Source of the DNA: Octopus bimaculoides
Taxonomy: Eukaryota
NCBI RefSeq assembly: GCF_001194135.2
Contig: NC_068990.1
Coordinates: 44,942,379 to 45,006,378, forward strand
Reading direction: 5' to 3'
DNA: 64,000 nucleotides
The notes under the pieces were generated by a model. The model saw only the letters and a list, made by a program, of their open reading frames with translations, was not told the DNA's origin and ran no database searches. The position numbers were made by a program, and so were the translations under genes. Shown piece by piece: positions 25,050 through 38,021 of the stretch. Every line of letters starts with the position of its first letter. Within the stretch, counting starts at the first letter, position 1.

Positions 25050-25493
25050 TCAAACATCAGCATATTTGGATTCACGGCGGATAGTGACTTGCATGTTTTG
25101 ACAAAATTTGGGAGATGCAAAAGGGACACAATTGAAATACTGACAAGCATCACATTGATAGACAGGAGATACATAAAATAGGATAATGAGAATTACAAAA
25201 AACGTAATACATAGACCAAGGCTAGCAAAAATTAATATCAGTTTCTTCCTTTTGTCCTTGAAACCAAAGGTAATATAAGGTAGAAATGCAAAAGCAAGGA
25301 ATAATCCGACAAAGAATCCAAAAATGTGTGCCCAGTTGTCTATCCAAGGAAGTAAACCGAGTACAAACAGGAGTAGAAGAATTGCAACAAATTTTATGAC
25401 AGATTGCCAAGGAGATTTCTGAATTTCCCAGCTTTGTATAATTTCAACGATATAGCAAGCAAGAATTCCTAGTTGGGCACCAGAAGGTCCAGC
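25050..25493 (-). CDS. RHBDF1: iRhom last coding exon (444 nt including stop)
   Basis: tttttcAG acceptor; [54 protein letters not shown]. Confidence 0.97.
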   Translation of the reverse strand, partial: AGPSGAQLGILACYIVEIIQSWEIQKSPWQSVIKFVAILLLLFVLGLLPWIDNWAHIFGFFVGLFLAFAFLPYITFGFKDKRKKLILIFASLGLCITFFVILIILFYVSPVYQCDACQYFNCVPFASPKFCQNMQVTIRRESKYADV

Positions 25494-28400
25494 CTGAAAA
25501 ATAAAAATAAAAAAAAGAAAGGAATAAAAGATGCATTTAAAATAGAGGAGGAGGGGGGAGGGATATTGGCGTTGTAACAGTGNNNNNNNNNNNNNNNNNN
25601 NNNNNNNNNNNNNNNNNNNNNNNNNNNNNNNNNNNNNNNNNNNNNNNNNNNNNNNNNNNNNNNNNNNNNNNNNNNNNNNNNNNNNNNNNNNNNNNNNNNN
25701 NNNNNNNNNNNNNNNNNNTACCTGGACATCCTTCTGTATTGAAAGAATGTTGCATCCCAGATAAGATTTCCTCAAAGAAGTTACTGAATCAGTACTTCTT
25801 CACTATGGCTCTTCAACATGGACACTGAACAAGAGACTTGAAAAGAAGCTTAATGGTATGTACAGAAGAATGCTTCATGCAATTCTCAGTATTTCTTGGC
25901 AGCAACACCCTACAAAGCAGTGACTGCATGGTGGTCTTCCTACTATCACCTCAGTATTCAGAGAAAGAACACATTATGCAGGACACTGCTGGAGAAGCAA
26001 GGATGAAATATCAAGCAATCTCCATCTCTCAAAACCCATGCATGGACATGTGAGTATTGGCAGACCAAGAAGAGCATATATCAATCAATATGTGAAAGAC
26101 ATTGAATATCAAGTTCAAGATATGACGACTACTATGGAAGATCAGTACAGAGGGTGTGGAAGAGTTGCATTAGTCCAGGCAAGTCAACTGACCAGATAGA
26201 CAGAGAGTAGTAGCAACAATTTCTGATTTGGGCACCAGACTGACAATGAGAAGTGATTAGTCAATGCCATCAACTCACGGACTTGACTGGTACTTCATTT
26301 TATCCTTGAAAGGATGAAAGGCAAAGCTGACCATGGCAGGATTTGAACTCAGAATATAAAGAGCTAGAACAAATACTGCAATGTGTTTTGTTTGATGTTC
26401 CAGTGATTCCATCAATCCACTGCTCTCAAAATAATTTCTTACAAAGGCCATAATTTTAGGGAGGGCAGAGTAAAGTTGATTACATCAATAATAATAATAA
26501 TAATCCTTTCTACAATAGGCACAAGGCCTGGAATTTGTGGGGAGGGGGCTAGTCGATCACATCAACCCCAGTACATGACTGGTACTTAATTTATCAACCC
26601 TGAAAGAATGAAAGGCAAAGTTGACCTCGGCAGCATTTGAACTCAGAATGTAAAGACGGACAAGATACCACAAAGCATTTTGCCGGGCATGCTAACGATT
26701 CTGCCAGCTCGCTGTCTTACTAATAATAATAACTATCATTATGATGATATTTTCTTTTATTTTCCACCAGGGCAAAGGATGACAGGGACAATACAATGAC
26801 AGACATAATTCATGAAGATTTACATATAATAAAATGATTTTAATAAAAAAAGGGAAAGTACACATCATATGCAATAAAACAAAGAAGGGAAGTATACATA
26901 GTATACAACAGTAAAAGGAAGGAAGTAAAATAATGAAATAATGATGTGATCCTCCTGTATCAGGAAGACCTCTCGAGATAATCAAGGAACTCCACCATCC
27001 AAGATCTCCCGGAATACCAAGAACAAGTGCCCTCTCCAATTCCTTTTCTCTGAATCACAGGTCTACACTTCAAACAGTATCATTTCTGCAACTTTCATCC
27101 ACTTTTCAATAAATTCACTAGAGGGCAGCACCTCCCTCTCCACCCTCACTTTCCTTTCCAAGTGAAACTTGGAAAAGTCGATGAGGGCTCTACCAAAGAA
27201 GAATGTCTGTCCTCATTCTTTTCGGCCTCATCTACCAAACAACCTCTTTTGTCACAGTCCCCAATCAAAGGGTGGCGGGGCTATCAGCACTATAAACTCT
27301 ACCAACAGATGGATCCGTCCCACTTGTGACAGCAGTTGTTCAACATAACTCCATAAGTCAGCAATAACCGGACATTAAACAAGTGAATGCAGAACAGTTT
27401 CATCGCTCTGCACACACCTCAGATAAGCCCATATGACAACACATCTGTTCCTGTAAAAATTATCTGAAACTGGTAGCACGGCCAGGCCAAAGACATCTGG
27501 AAATTATCCATAGTAGTCCCCTGGAAAGTCCTCCAGAACAGACTAGCCAATTCATTATCATCAATGCCCAGGGTCTCCCTGAGGACATTGTCGCACTTTC
27601 CTGCAACTAATTCTTAGTGGAACATCCACCAATCCTATTACCTGACTGGTAGAGGACAGTGAGCACCTGACAACATTCTAGGTGCCAGGTGCCAGGTGCT
27701 GAGTCTCAGTCTATCCTTCACCCAGAACTGCAGCTCCATAGAACCCACACACATGTTCAGTGTCTAGAAATCGTTGCAGGTGGCACAACCTAAGTGCATG
27801 TCTGTGCATCAGAAGCTACAGCATGCCTAAGCCACTAATGCAGAGGGTGCTGGCAGCAGACTAACTGCCTAACCATTGGAACGCGTCCCTTCCACCTGAT
27901 CAAGCAGTTTCTGGGGCAAAGCACAATGATCAGGTGATGACAAAAGCAATATAGGCATTTGCCACCTCTGCCTGACCTTTCAGGGACAGCTTCCTCTTTG
28001 CCCATTTCTGGCTAAATCTGGCCACCCTGTCTGTCACCTCATCCCAGTTCTTACCACTGAGCAGGTGCCACTGTGTATTGCAACAATTCAGCCTCTGAAA
28101 ACATGTCTGAAACTGGTCACTTTCATGACGGGTTCTAAGTAGCTATTGAATGCTTTCAACTGATGCAAATTGATGAGGGCCCCACGGAAACCAGGTTTAA
28201 TTCCAGCCCTTTCAATGATGTATCACATAAGGTGGAGGTTGTGATGGATAGGTCTGTTTAGGATTCTACATGTCTGCACTTCCACCACCAATATTTTTGT
28301 TAACACCTTGGCCAAAATTTTAAGCTCTTGGTTTAGCAGAGTTATGGGCCAAAAATTCCCTAGCACATCCCCATTGTCAGTGTCCTTCCTCAGCAGTGTC

Positions 28401-31400
28401 ACCACACTCCGGCTAACAGCACTAGGAATTCCCCCGTTCTGCTGTTAGTTATGACAGAAGTTTGCCAAGAGGCCACAAAACAAATCTGGCACGAATGCAT
28501 GAAATCCATAGGGCAGACCATCCAAACCAGGCGATCTGTGACTTGTGCAATCGCTCATCACCTCCTATATTCCAGTGGCCATTATCAGCTTTTCACTGAA
28601 CCTCATGACAGCTGCTGAGAGCTGTGGCAAAATGTCTACATATGAACTAAAGTCTTCTACTATCGTCAACCCATCATCCTCCCCAAACAGCTGTGCAAAG
28701 TGCTGCTGGAAAATCACACACATCTGCTCAGAACCAAGTAGCATGTGCCTGTCCTGATTTATCAAAGATTCAATCGTGGTTTTGTGGCCATGTCACATCT
28801 CCACTGTTCAGAATGTTTCTGGACACTGGAAGAAATCTGGCCTTCTAGCCTCTGTCGGAGCATAAATAGCCCCCAATCTTTAAAGGCACTACATTCACTG
28901 CCATTCATGTCTAGGACCACCAACCTACAGTCTAGGTCTAAGACGACAACCCTTACTTTAAGACCTAAGGATTTTTGGAATAGCACTGCTGCACTGCCAC
29001 TCACTCTAGACAGACCACAAAATGAGAATATCTCATAGTCTTCTTCCAAACTGAATCTAGGCCCTGAACATTTACACAACCTACTCTAAGTGTAGCCATT
29101 TAGATTAGAGAAAATAAAATGGATTCATTTACCTTTGACTTCAGGGATGACTGTCTTCTTTGTGGCCGAAGAGAGAGTGGAGAAAGGTCTTTCTAGTAAG
29201 TTTTTTTTTGAAGTACTGACTAAAACTCCAATAACCTATGGGAATTTCAGTTTTAAATCCAAACAGATACATATACGTATCTGTTTGGATTAACATTCTG
29301 TCCGATGGAGTTTTCGGGAGGAGTTCAACAAAACCTTCCCCACTTAAAATGTTTTGCTGTTAATTACTTCCTCAATCAATTCAAAGTTGCTCTTCTGAAC
29401 AAAAATGAAGTTAATGAAGGGAGTAAGTACCTAAGAGTGTGTCTGTTGGTCATTTTGTCTTTCAGGTGTTTCTTTTTTGTTTTCATGCTTTTTTTTGTTT
29501 TCATGCTGTGAGTGCTTGTAAAATTGGGTTTTATTCTTGTGATGAAGGTGATGTTAGTGTTGAAGTTTTTTGTATTTGGTTTTGTAACAGACTTCTTATA
29601 TTATTGTTGTGTCTTATGGCCTTCAATCTAGGGCTGGCTTCTATTTATTTCAGTTTCAGTCTTTCTCTTATCTCTCAACAAAGGCTTTTTGGTGCAATTT
29701 CAACAAGGTCTTTGCTTTTGTAAAGACTGAGTTGGAGAAAAGAAGCAGATGTGAGCTAGTTGTATTATTCACACCTTGAAGAGTGGTAGTAACAGTGGAG
29801 AGCTTCATGCCTTCTCCAACATGGGTCCAGATGTTTCTGCAAGTGTATCACTCTCAGTACATGCTTACATGTCATCAGTAATTTCCACTTGGCTCTTCAG
29901 AGACATCTCAGTGAGAGTCAGAATGCCACTCTACTTGCAACCACTTCCTAGTTTTTATCCACCAGAAGGTCCAACCTAAATCATACCCTGAGCACCTTAA
30001 GTGGGCCCTTGATCCAGTGTCAGGCATTTTCTATCATTAAATAATGATATTGTAACATCTTTTCTCAAAAGTAAGCACAGCGAAAGAAAGAAAGCAATAT
30101 ACACAACACATATAAAACAATGTTTCTCCTAATTAACATTATTAATTGAAAAGAATAAACATACCTCCACTTGATATGGTAGAAAAATACCACTTGCAAG
30201 GTTGCCAGCAATACCACTACCAATATATATGATTGATATTCGCACCCAACCAGTTAATTTTTCAATATCTCGCATCACAAAAGCTTGGTATAACACTGTA
30301 AGTATCAGGTGGATGAAACTGAAATAAATCAATAAAAACACTAGAATATTTAGAGAGATTAACACCAGCAGAGTTAGAAACAATGCTTGAATGTAGAAAT
30401 AAAATATAACGTACACATATACATCCATGCAAACCTAGGCGCATATGTGCACACACACACACACACAAATTCCAACTAATTAATGTAAGTATTCAGCTAA
30501 TTTCTACAGAAAAGAAATTACATTGGTGCAAGCAACCAAATTCACTCACAAGGCATTGCTTGGCCTGGGAAGTAGAAAATATTTGCCCACAGTGCTGTGC
30601 TGTGCAGTGAAACTGAACCTGAAATCATGAGGTTGTGAAGAAAATTTTTTAACCACACAGCCATTCCTGCACATCATATATAAGCATATTTTCTTCTGCG
30701 AAAAACTGTTCAAAATCTACTCCAGGAGTCAGTCTCAGCTTCACTTATCAAAGCTACTTCAACATCACTGAAACAATGCTGACCAAAGCTACTAATATGC
30801 TCTATTGACATAGCTATTAACCAATTAGATATTCCAACTACAATACACCTAAGAAATTTACTATCACAATATAAAGCTTACAACCTCTGAATAAATATAA
30901 TTTATGTAGTTTATAAAACACTGGGATCAGTGTAATAGATTGTTCCCTATAACCAACTAACTCCCTTCTCTCAAAATTACTGGCCCTGTGGCTAAATTAC
31001 AAACACTTATTATAATTATCTAAATATAAAGGTATGAATCTACTATGCAAGCCCCTTGTTAACCAAATAGCTAAAAGGATTTGTTTGTTTGTTTATTTGT
31101 GTGTATCCTTGTTCAGACATCATATGATGCTTGCAAATCAGCATCATACAAGAGATGATGTTCATTTCTAGTCTTTTGAGAAAAACATATCTAGCTAAGG
31201 GAAAATACCATCTTGCCAGTGAGATTTGTTGACAGGAAGTATATCTAGACAGAGAAAAATTTACCCCAACAAATTTTGTCTCATCCATAACAAGCATGGA
31301 AAAGTGGATGTTAAATGATAATGATGAGGACAAGGATGATGCTGATGATGACAATTGAACCTATTTCGTTAACAGCTCAATTCAATAACCTCATGTATTA

Positions 31401-34400
31401 ATGCATTACTTAAATGGTCAAGTCAGCAAGGTAGCATCAATAAGATCACACCATCTGCTGGAAATAGGAGCCAAATCTTCCTCAAATAGCATCAGACCAT
31501 CTTAAAATGTTTATAGCACTAATATGTCAGTATGGTCTGCTCTCAAATGATGATGATGATGACAACAATAACAATGATAATACTTACCCTGCATGAAGAA
31601 ACAATGTTGTGAACAATCTATAAAACTGATCAGGTTTGTCTTTGTAGAGGAATGGTATCATGCCACATATTTGACTCAAACAGTCAACCTGCATAAGATA
31701 TAAATTAAATAGAATTTATCAATAGATATATAAATAACAAACCTCTAGTGAATGTGGCCTTACATGGACAATTCCTTAGTAAAAGTAGTAGAGAAAGAAT
31801 AGAATGGTGGTCATCAAACAACATCAAAGAAAGGCGGGGAGCTAAATGGCAGTAAGTCTGATGATTGGGAAAAATGGAAGAAAGAGGTTGTCTCTCTGGC
31901 TTTACAGCTATGGCCTTCTTAGGCTACAGATTTTCATGACAAAATAGCAAAACAATGCAAAGAAGCACAAAGAACACAAATCTAATAATGTCATAAGCCA
32001 ATTCAAAAACAGGCTTTTATTCAAACTTTGCTTGCCATCTAATCAGTAGATTAGACGAGTGGTTTTATATTAGGTAAAGACAGTATCCATTCATCAACAT
32101 CATTCAACACTGTGACATCCTTTCGTACTCAATTCAAAATAGCATTTCTATATTTTTATCTGCTATTTACTATTATAGAAAAGAATTAATAAGAGAATAT
32201 AATAGTTCATAAAAAATATCATGGCTTTGTAGTTAAAAAGTTTGCTTTGCAACCAAATGGTTTCAGGTTCAAACCCACTACATGACACCTTCAGATTGAC
32301 CGATGCCCTGTGAATGAAATTTGATTGATGGAAAAAAAATTATGGATAGGAAGGATTTAGCAAAATGTTTAATGCAACGTTTGGAAATTGAGACACAATA
32401 TGGATGACAAGAGCAGGAAAAGATTGTACATAAGTAGGGTTTAACAAAGGTGATACACAGCTTGCTATTTTATGGAAATAGAAGTAATTATGTAGAAGTA
32501 GAAGAAGAGACAGAAAGAGAGGAAATAGCATATTTATAAGGCAGTGATTGCAGTATGTTGGTGAGTAAATCTTTGACAATGATCATCATCATTAGACTTC
32601 CACTTTCCATGCTGGCATGGGTCAGATGGGTCATCACAGCTTGAGTCAGTTGTTACTTGAAACTAGAGTCCTCATCAAAGGACCATATCTCACCTGTACA
32701 TTTCGTTTTTGGTATAGTTTCTATAGCTAGATACCCTTTCCTAACACTAACTTTAGAAAGAGTATGGGGGGACGTTTTACCATGACACCAACATTAGAGA
32801 GGTTGGCATATCCTCAAAAAGACTAAATGGTCCTTTTTACTCTATGTTGTTTCCACATGTTTACCAACTACTTTACATTATATACTGGGTGCATTTTATT
32901 GAGACACCAGTACTAGAAAGGTTGTCTCCTGCAAGACAAAGGGGTACTTTCTACATTGTTTTCATTTGTTCAAAGCAAATGTGACAGAGGGTGAATGAAG
33001 GAAGAGAGAATAAAAGTATGAGTGCACAGAAGCAGTACATTCCTTAACATGTGAACCAAACACTCAAATCTGGAGCAGTCTTGCTCTTTAAAGAGAGTCA
33101 GTAAATCACTGAATCTGGGGAGAAAACCAAGTCTTTGGAATACTTTTTTAGGGAAAGTGACAGATATAAGAGGTCACTCTGACAGAACATAAAAGATTGC
33201 GAAACCTAGCATTTGTAGTGGCTTGTAGGGTTTTAGTTTTGTGATGTTAAAGAGTAGGTAGACTATAGTGTTGGTATACAATACCAAAGTCAATTTACAA
33301 TGGACAAATAATAAAAAAATAAATGCGCCCTTTTAAAGCCTAGCCAGGCTCATGGGCCAGGTTTCAATAGCGTATGTGTTCCCCAGCTGGACGGGACGCC
33401 AGTCCATCGCAGCGTTACTCATTTTTGCCAGCTGAGTGGACTGGAGCAACGTGAAATGAAGTGTTTTGCTCAAGAACACAACGCGTCGCCCGGTCCAGGA
33501 ATCAAAACCACAATCTTACAATCATGATGCTGACACCCTAACCACTAAGCCACGTGCCTACACTGGACAAAGCTTATGCAAAAAAGAAGTGTTGCAACAG
33601 AAGCATGAAGAAACAGAACTTCTGAGCTTTAGAAACTCCATATGCACAGTGCTTAACCTAATAAATAACAAATGCAAGAAAAAGAACCACAGCAGCTGTA
33701 GTTGTAGTACTAATAGTATAATTAACAAAAATCAAATACCTGAGAACAAAGGAAAGCCTCTTCATGAAAGTAACCCCGAATGAATTCACAATGTTTCCGT
33801 GTAGTTATAAAACATTCTCCCTGAATACCATGGCAACACGGTCGGGCTACAATTTCACATGACATATGTCGGTCAAATTTGCTTGCTTTTGATTGATTTG
33901 GTTTAGTACTTTCTTCACAAATCTGAAAAGGAAAACAATTTTCTGATGAAATCTCAATGAAATTTAATATCCATTCTTCCATGTTAGCATGGATAGGGGA
34001 GATTTTGAGTAATTCTACCACTAGAAACTGAGGCAATCATATATTTTGGGCCTTGGCAAGGGAGCACAGCATAATGGACATGAGCAAGCTACATTCTACT
34101 ATTACCATCCGTTAGTCATACCATCAGAGCAACAATTTCAATGAAAAGAAACAAATGAATTTCACATGAGCCAATGAGGAAGGCTCTTTGTAGTCATTTG
34201 ACCTGCTGTAAATAGCAGGCAAACCTATCTTCCAATCAAATCCAACTGTCTTTAAAAAAGAAGAGCACACTTGATGATGTAGTCCCAGATATACTCATCA
34301 TTATCCTCATCATTTAAAGTCTGTTTTCCATGTTGGCATGGGTTAGACGGTTTGACTGAAAACTGGTAAGCTGGGGAGCTGCACTATGTTCCAATCGGAT

Positions 34401-35512
34401 TCGGCTTAGTTTCTACGGCCGGATGCCCTTCCTAACGCCAACCACTCCATGTAGAGGGTACTTTTTACATGCCGCTAAGTCTAAATAAAAAAAACATACA
34501 ATGATAGTCAAAGCTGGAACACCTTAAATCATGGCTCTGTTCAATCTGGGATGACTTGGCCAAACAACAACAATCACAACATTATAGGTATAGTAATATT
34601 TGAGTTTTATTACTCATGTGGCATATGACTCGTGTGGCATATGACTCATGTGGCATATGACTCATGTGGCATATGACTCATGTGGCTCAGGTTACAATTC
34701 TTTGATATTACACATTGAGTTTAATAATAATTGGATTATGGTCAAAGATTTTGTCAGATGCTGGGTATGTTTTTACTGATCTTAAACAGATTTTAAATCT
34801 TTGGTTGACCACGATATAACCAATTTGGTTTCTGAATACATCAATGAGACTCTCCTAGGTTTATAGCTTTATGGCTGGTTGCTGGAATAAGGCATTTGCA
34901 ATTATTAAGATATTTCTCTCATAAAATCCCCATACTCTTTTACCTCTTTCATTCTTTTCTCCTAAGCCATGTGTTCCCATTGCATTGTTGATTTTTCTCT
35001 TTGCCTACCTTTGCATTTAGGTCTCCCACTACACATGTTATGTCTCCATCCTTGACATACTTTAAACATTTCTGTACTTCCTTGTAAAACTTTTCAATAT
35101 CCTCATCATCATGATCTTGGGTTGGTGCATATATTTGAATTATGTTGATGATAAATGGTAAGAATGTAAGTTATAGAAAGACTATCACTATAAGGAAAAA
35201 TAAATGGCAAAAGCTCGAAGAAGTAGACCTAGCACAAACTGGTTTGATAACATCAAACCAGTTTGTTGATGAGTACCAAGGATGTTTCTGCAGACTGACA
35301 GGTAATAACTATTACTTCAGCATTGCAAACTAACAAGGGATTTCTTGATTTTACAGTATTACCACTACATTATTTACATTTGACAGATATTTGTCCTCAT
35401 CTTGTTTGTTGTTAACACAATGTTTTGGCTGATATACCCTCTAGCCTTCATCAGGTGTCTTGGAGAAATCTCAAACCTGGGTTCTCATTCCTAAAGTATT
35501 TTTCAACATTAC

Positions 35513-35544
<32 letters not shown>

Positions 35545-37168
35545 TTACTGCTTGGAATCGAACTCAGAATCTTGTAGTTAGTAGCCCGCGCTCTAAACCA
35601 CTACGTCATATGGCATAGTGGTTAAGAGTGCGGGCTACTAACCCCAAGATTCCGAGTTCGATTCCAGGCAGTGACCTGAACAACAACAGCAACAACAACA
35701 TCGAAAAATACCTTAGGAATGAAAACCCAGGTTCAAAATTTCCCCAAGACACCTGATGAAACATGTTAACAACAAACAAGATGAGGACAAATATCCATCA
35801 AATGTAAATAATGTAATTAATGTACATAATTCCTCATCTCTTAAATATAGAACAGAGGTTGTTTAGAACAATGATCAGTTTCCACTTTGTGGTATCTAAC
35901 TGGACAACTAAGATTTTTGAGAGTTAAGCATTTTGCTTACAGATACAAAGCATTTCTGTTAACATGTTATGAACTGCTAATCCCTTGTATGGTTAGCCTA
36001 TCCACCCAGCCATTTGTATTCCCCTGCTATATTTATAACATTTGATATAAAGTGGATGAAAATAAGTAATATTTAAAGACAATCTTACTGGCCAGTTCAA
36101 AATATCTGTGTCCCATTCAAAAGGAGCTTGTGATGCTGGTTTATTGCAATATCTGTAAACAAGATGAATGCAAACAAATTAAAATTTTGGAGAATGAAGA
36201 TAACTAGGTATAGATATTTACTTTTCAAAGATGGGATAGAGTTAGCTGACTGATTACTCTTAACATAATTATACATTATTATTAATATTCCTCAATCCTG
36301 TAGTAATGAAAGGTATAGCTGCCAATGTGTATACATATGCACACACACACGTGAGTGTGTGTATGTGTGTTCACATACATAAAATACATAGAAACACACA
36401 CACGCATGATGGACTTCTGCACATTTTCACTCATTAGTTAGCCCAAAGCTAAAGAAGACAGTTGCCTAAGATACTGCAAAGTGGGATGGAACTCAAAACC
36501 ATGTGGTTACAAACTGAACTTTATAACCACACAGTTATGTTTTATATAAACACATACACATACAAATTGTGAAGGTGCATGACCTAGTATTAGGCAGGCA
36601 ACCTCTCCGGTGTTGGTGCCATGATAAAATGCATCTAGAACACATTATAAAGTGGTTGGCATTAGCAAAGGGCATCCAGCTATAGAAACTACACCAATTG
36701 GTATATACAAGAGAGATATGGTACTTAGACTCATCCAGGACAGACATAAAAACTGAGTCAGACAATGATGACTCATCTAATCTTTGCCAATATATATTGG
36801 ATTCTGTGATTTAACTTAATGCTGTTCTTCTTAGTCTTTTGTCATCTTACAAAAGCCTTGCAATTCGATTTGGTCGATGGGAACTAGAAGATCATTGTGT
36901 GTGTGTGCGTGTGCATGTGTGTGTGTGTGTGCATGCACACACACGCGTGTGTATCTTTGTGTTGATTTCACATGATGATTGTAAACAAGCATCACTGTCA
37001 TACCAGTAATATTTTTCACTTCTAATCTTCTGGGCACTGGGAAATATTACCTTGTTTGGAAACAGGTGAGGGTTGGCAACAAGAGTGTCAGCCACAAAAA
37101 AATCTGTCTTGTCAAATTCTATCTGACCTGTGCAAGCATGGAAAAGTGGATACTATATGATGATGAGT

Positions 37169-37199
<31 letters not shown>

Positions 37200-37950
37200 A
37201 TATACTGTTAGGATTGGCACTCTCAACGTCGGCACGCTGAAAGGTAGATCTGGTGAAATTGTTGAGATGCTTGAACGGAGATGCGTAGATATGTGCTGCN
37301 NNNNNNNNNTATATATATATATATATATATATATTGTTTTACTTGTTTCAGTTATTTGACTGTGGCAATGCTGGAGCACAGACTTAAAGGGTTTTAGTGG
37401 AAGAAATTGACCCCAGGACTTATTCTTTGCAAGCCTAGTACTTATGCTATCAGTCTCTTTTGCTGAACCACTAAGTTATGGGGACATAAACACACCAGCA
37501 TCAGTTGTCAAGCAATAGCAGGGTGACAAACACATTCACACACATACACATATATGTATATATAAAACAGGCTTCTTCCAGTTTCAGTTTACCAAATCCA
37601 CTCACAAGGCTTTGGTCAGCCTGAAGCTATAGTAGAAGACACTTGCTCAAGGTGCCACACAGTGGGACTGAACCCGAAACTATGTGGTTGGGAAACAAGC
37701 TTCTTACCACACAGCCATACTTGTACCTGTACTTAATATTTTCTTGAGTCTTTGTCACTACATTATATTTTCATCAGTATGCTGGTTAAATTTTCTTAAA
37801 ACTCATATGCCTCTATACTAATGACAATGTACAGAGCAAGTTCGGTTACCAGTTTGCTAGAAAATTACATAAGTACATAAATGTTCTGATGCACCTCAAT
37901 ACTGTATTGTCTGGTATCTTTCTTATTAATGTTGTACACACACACACACA

Positions 37951-38021
<71 letters not shown>

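Noticed and set aside
29090-29990. Possible ORF1 of the adjacent Tx1/L1 element or an extra exon
   Set aside because: Multiple stops in the frames read and no recognisable motif; the iRhom reading frame is complete without it
35610-35680. Functional tRNA-Ser gene
   Set aside because: The 5' acceptor strand is replaced by the opposite palindrome arm, the stems are imperfect and there is no long variable arm; treated as a SINE-type head
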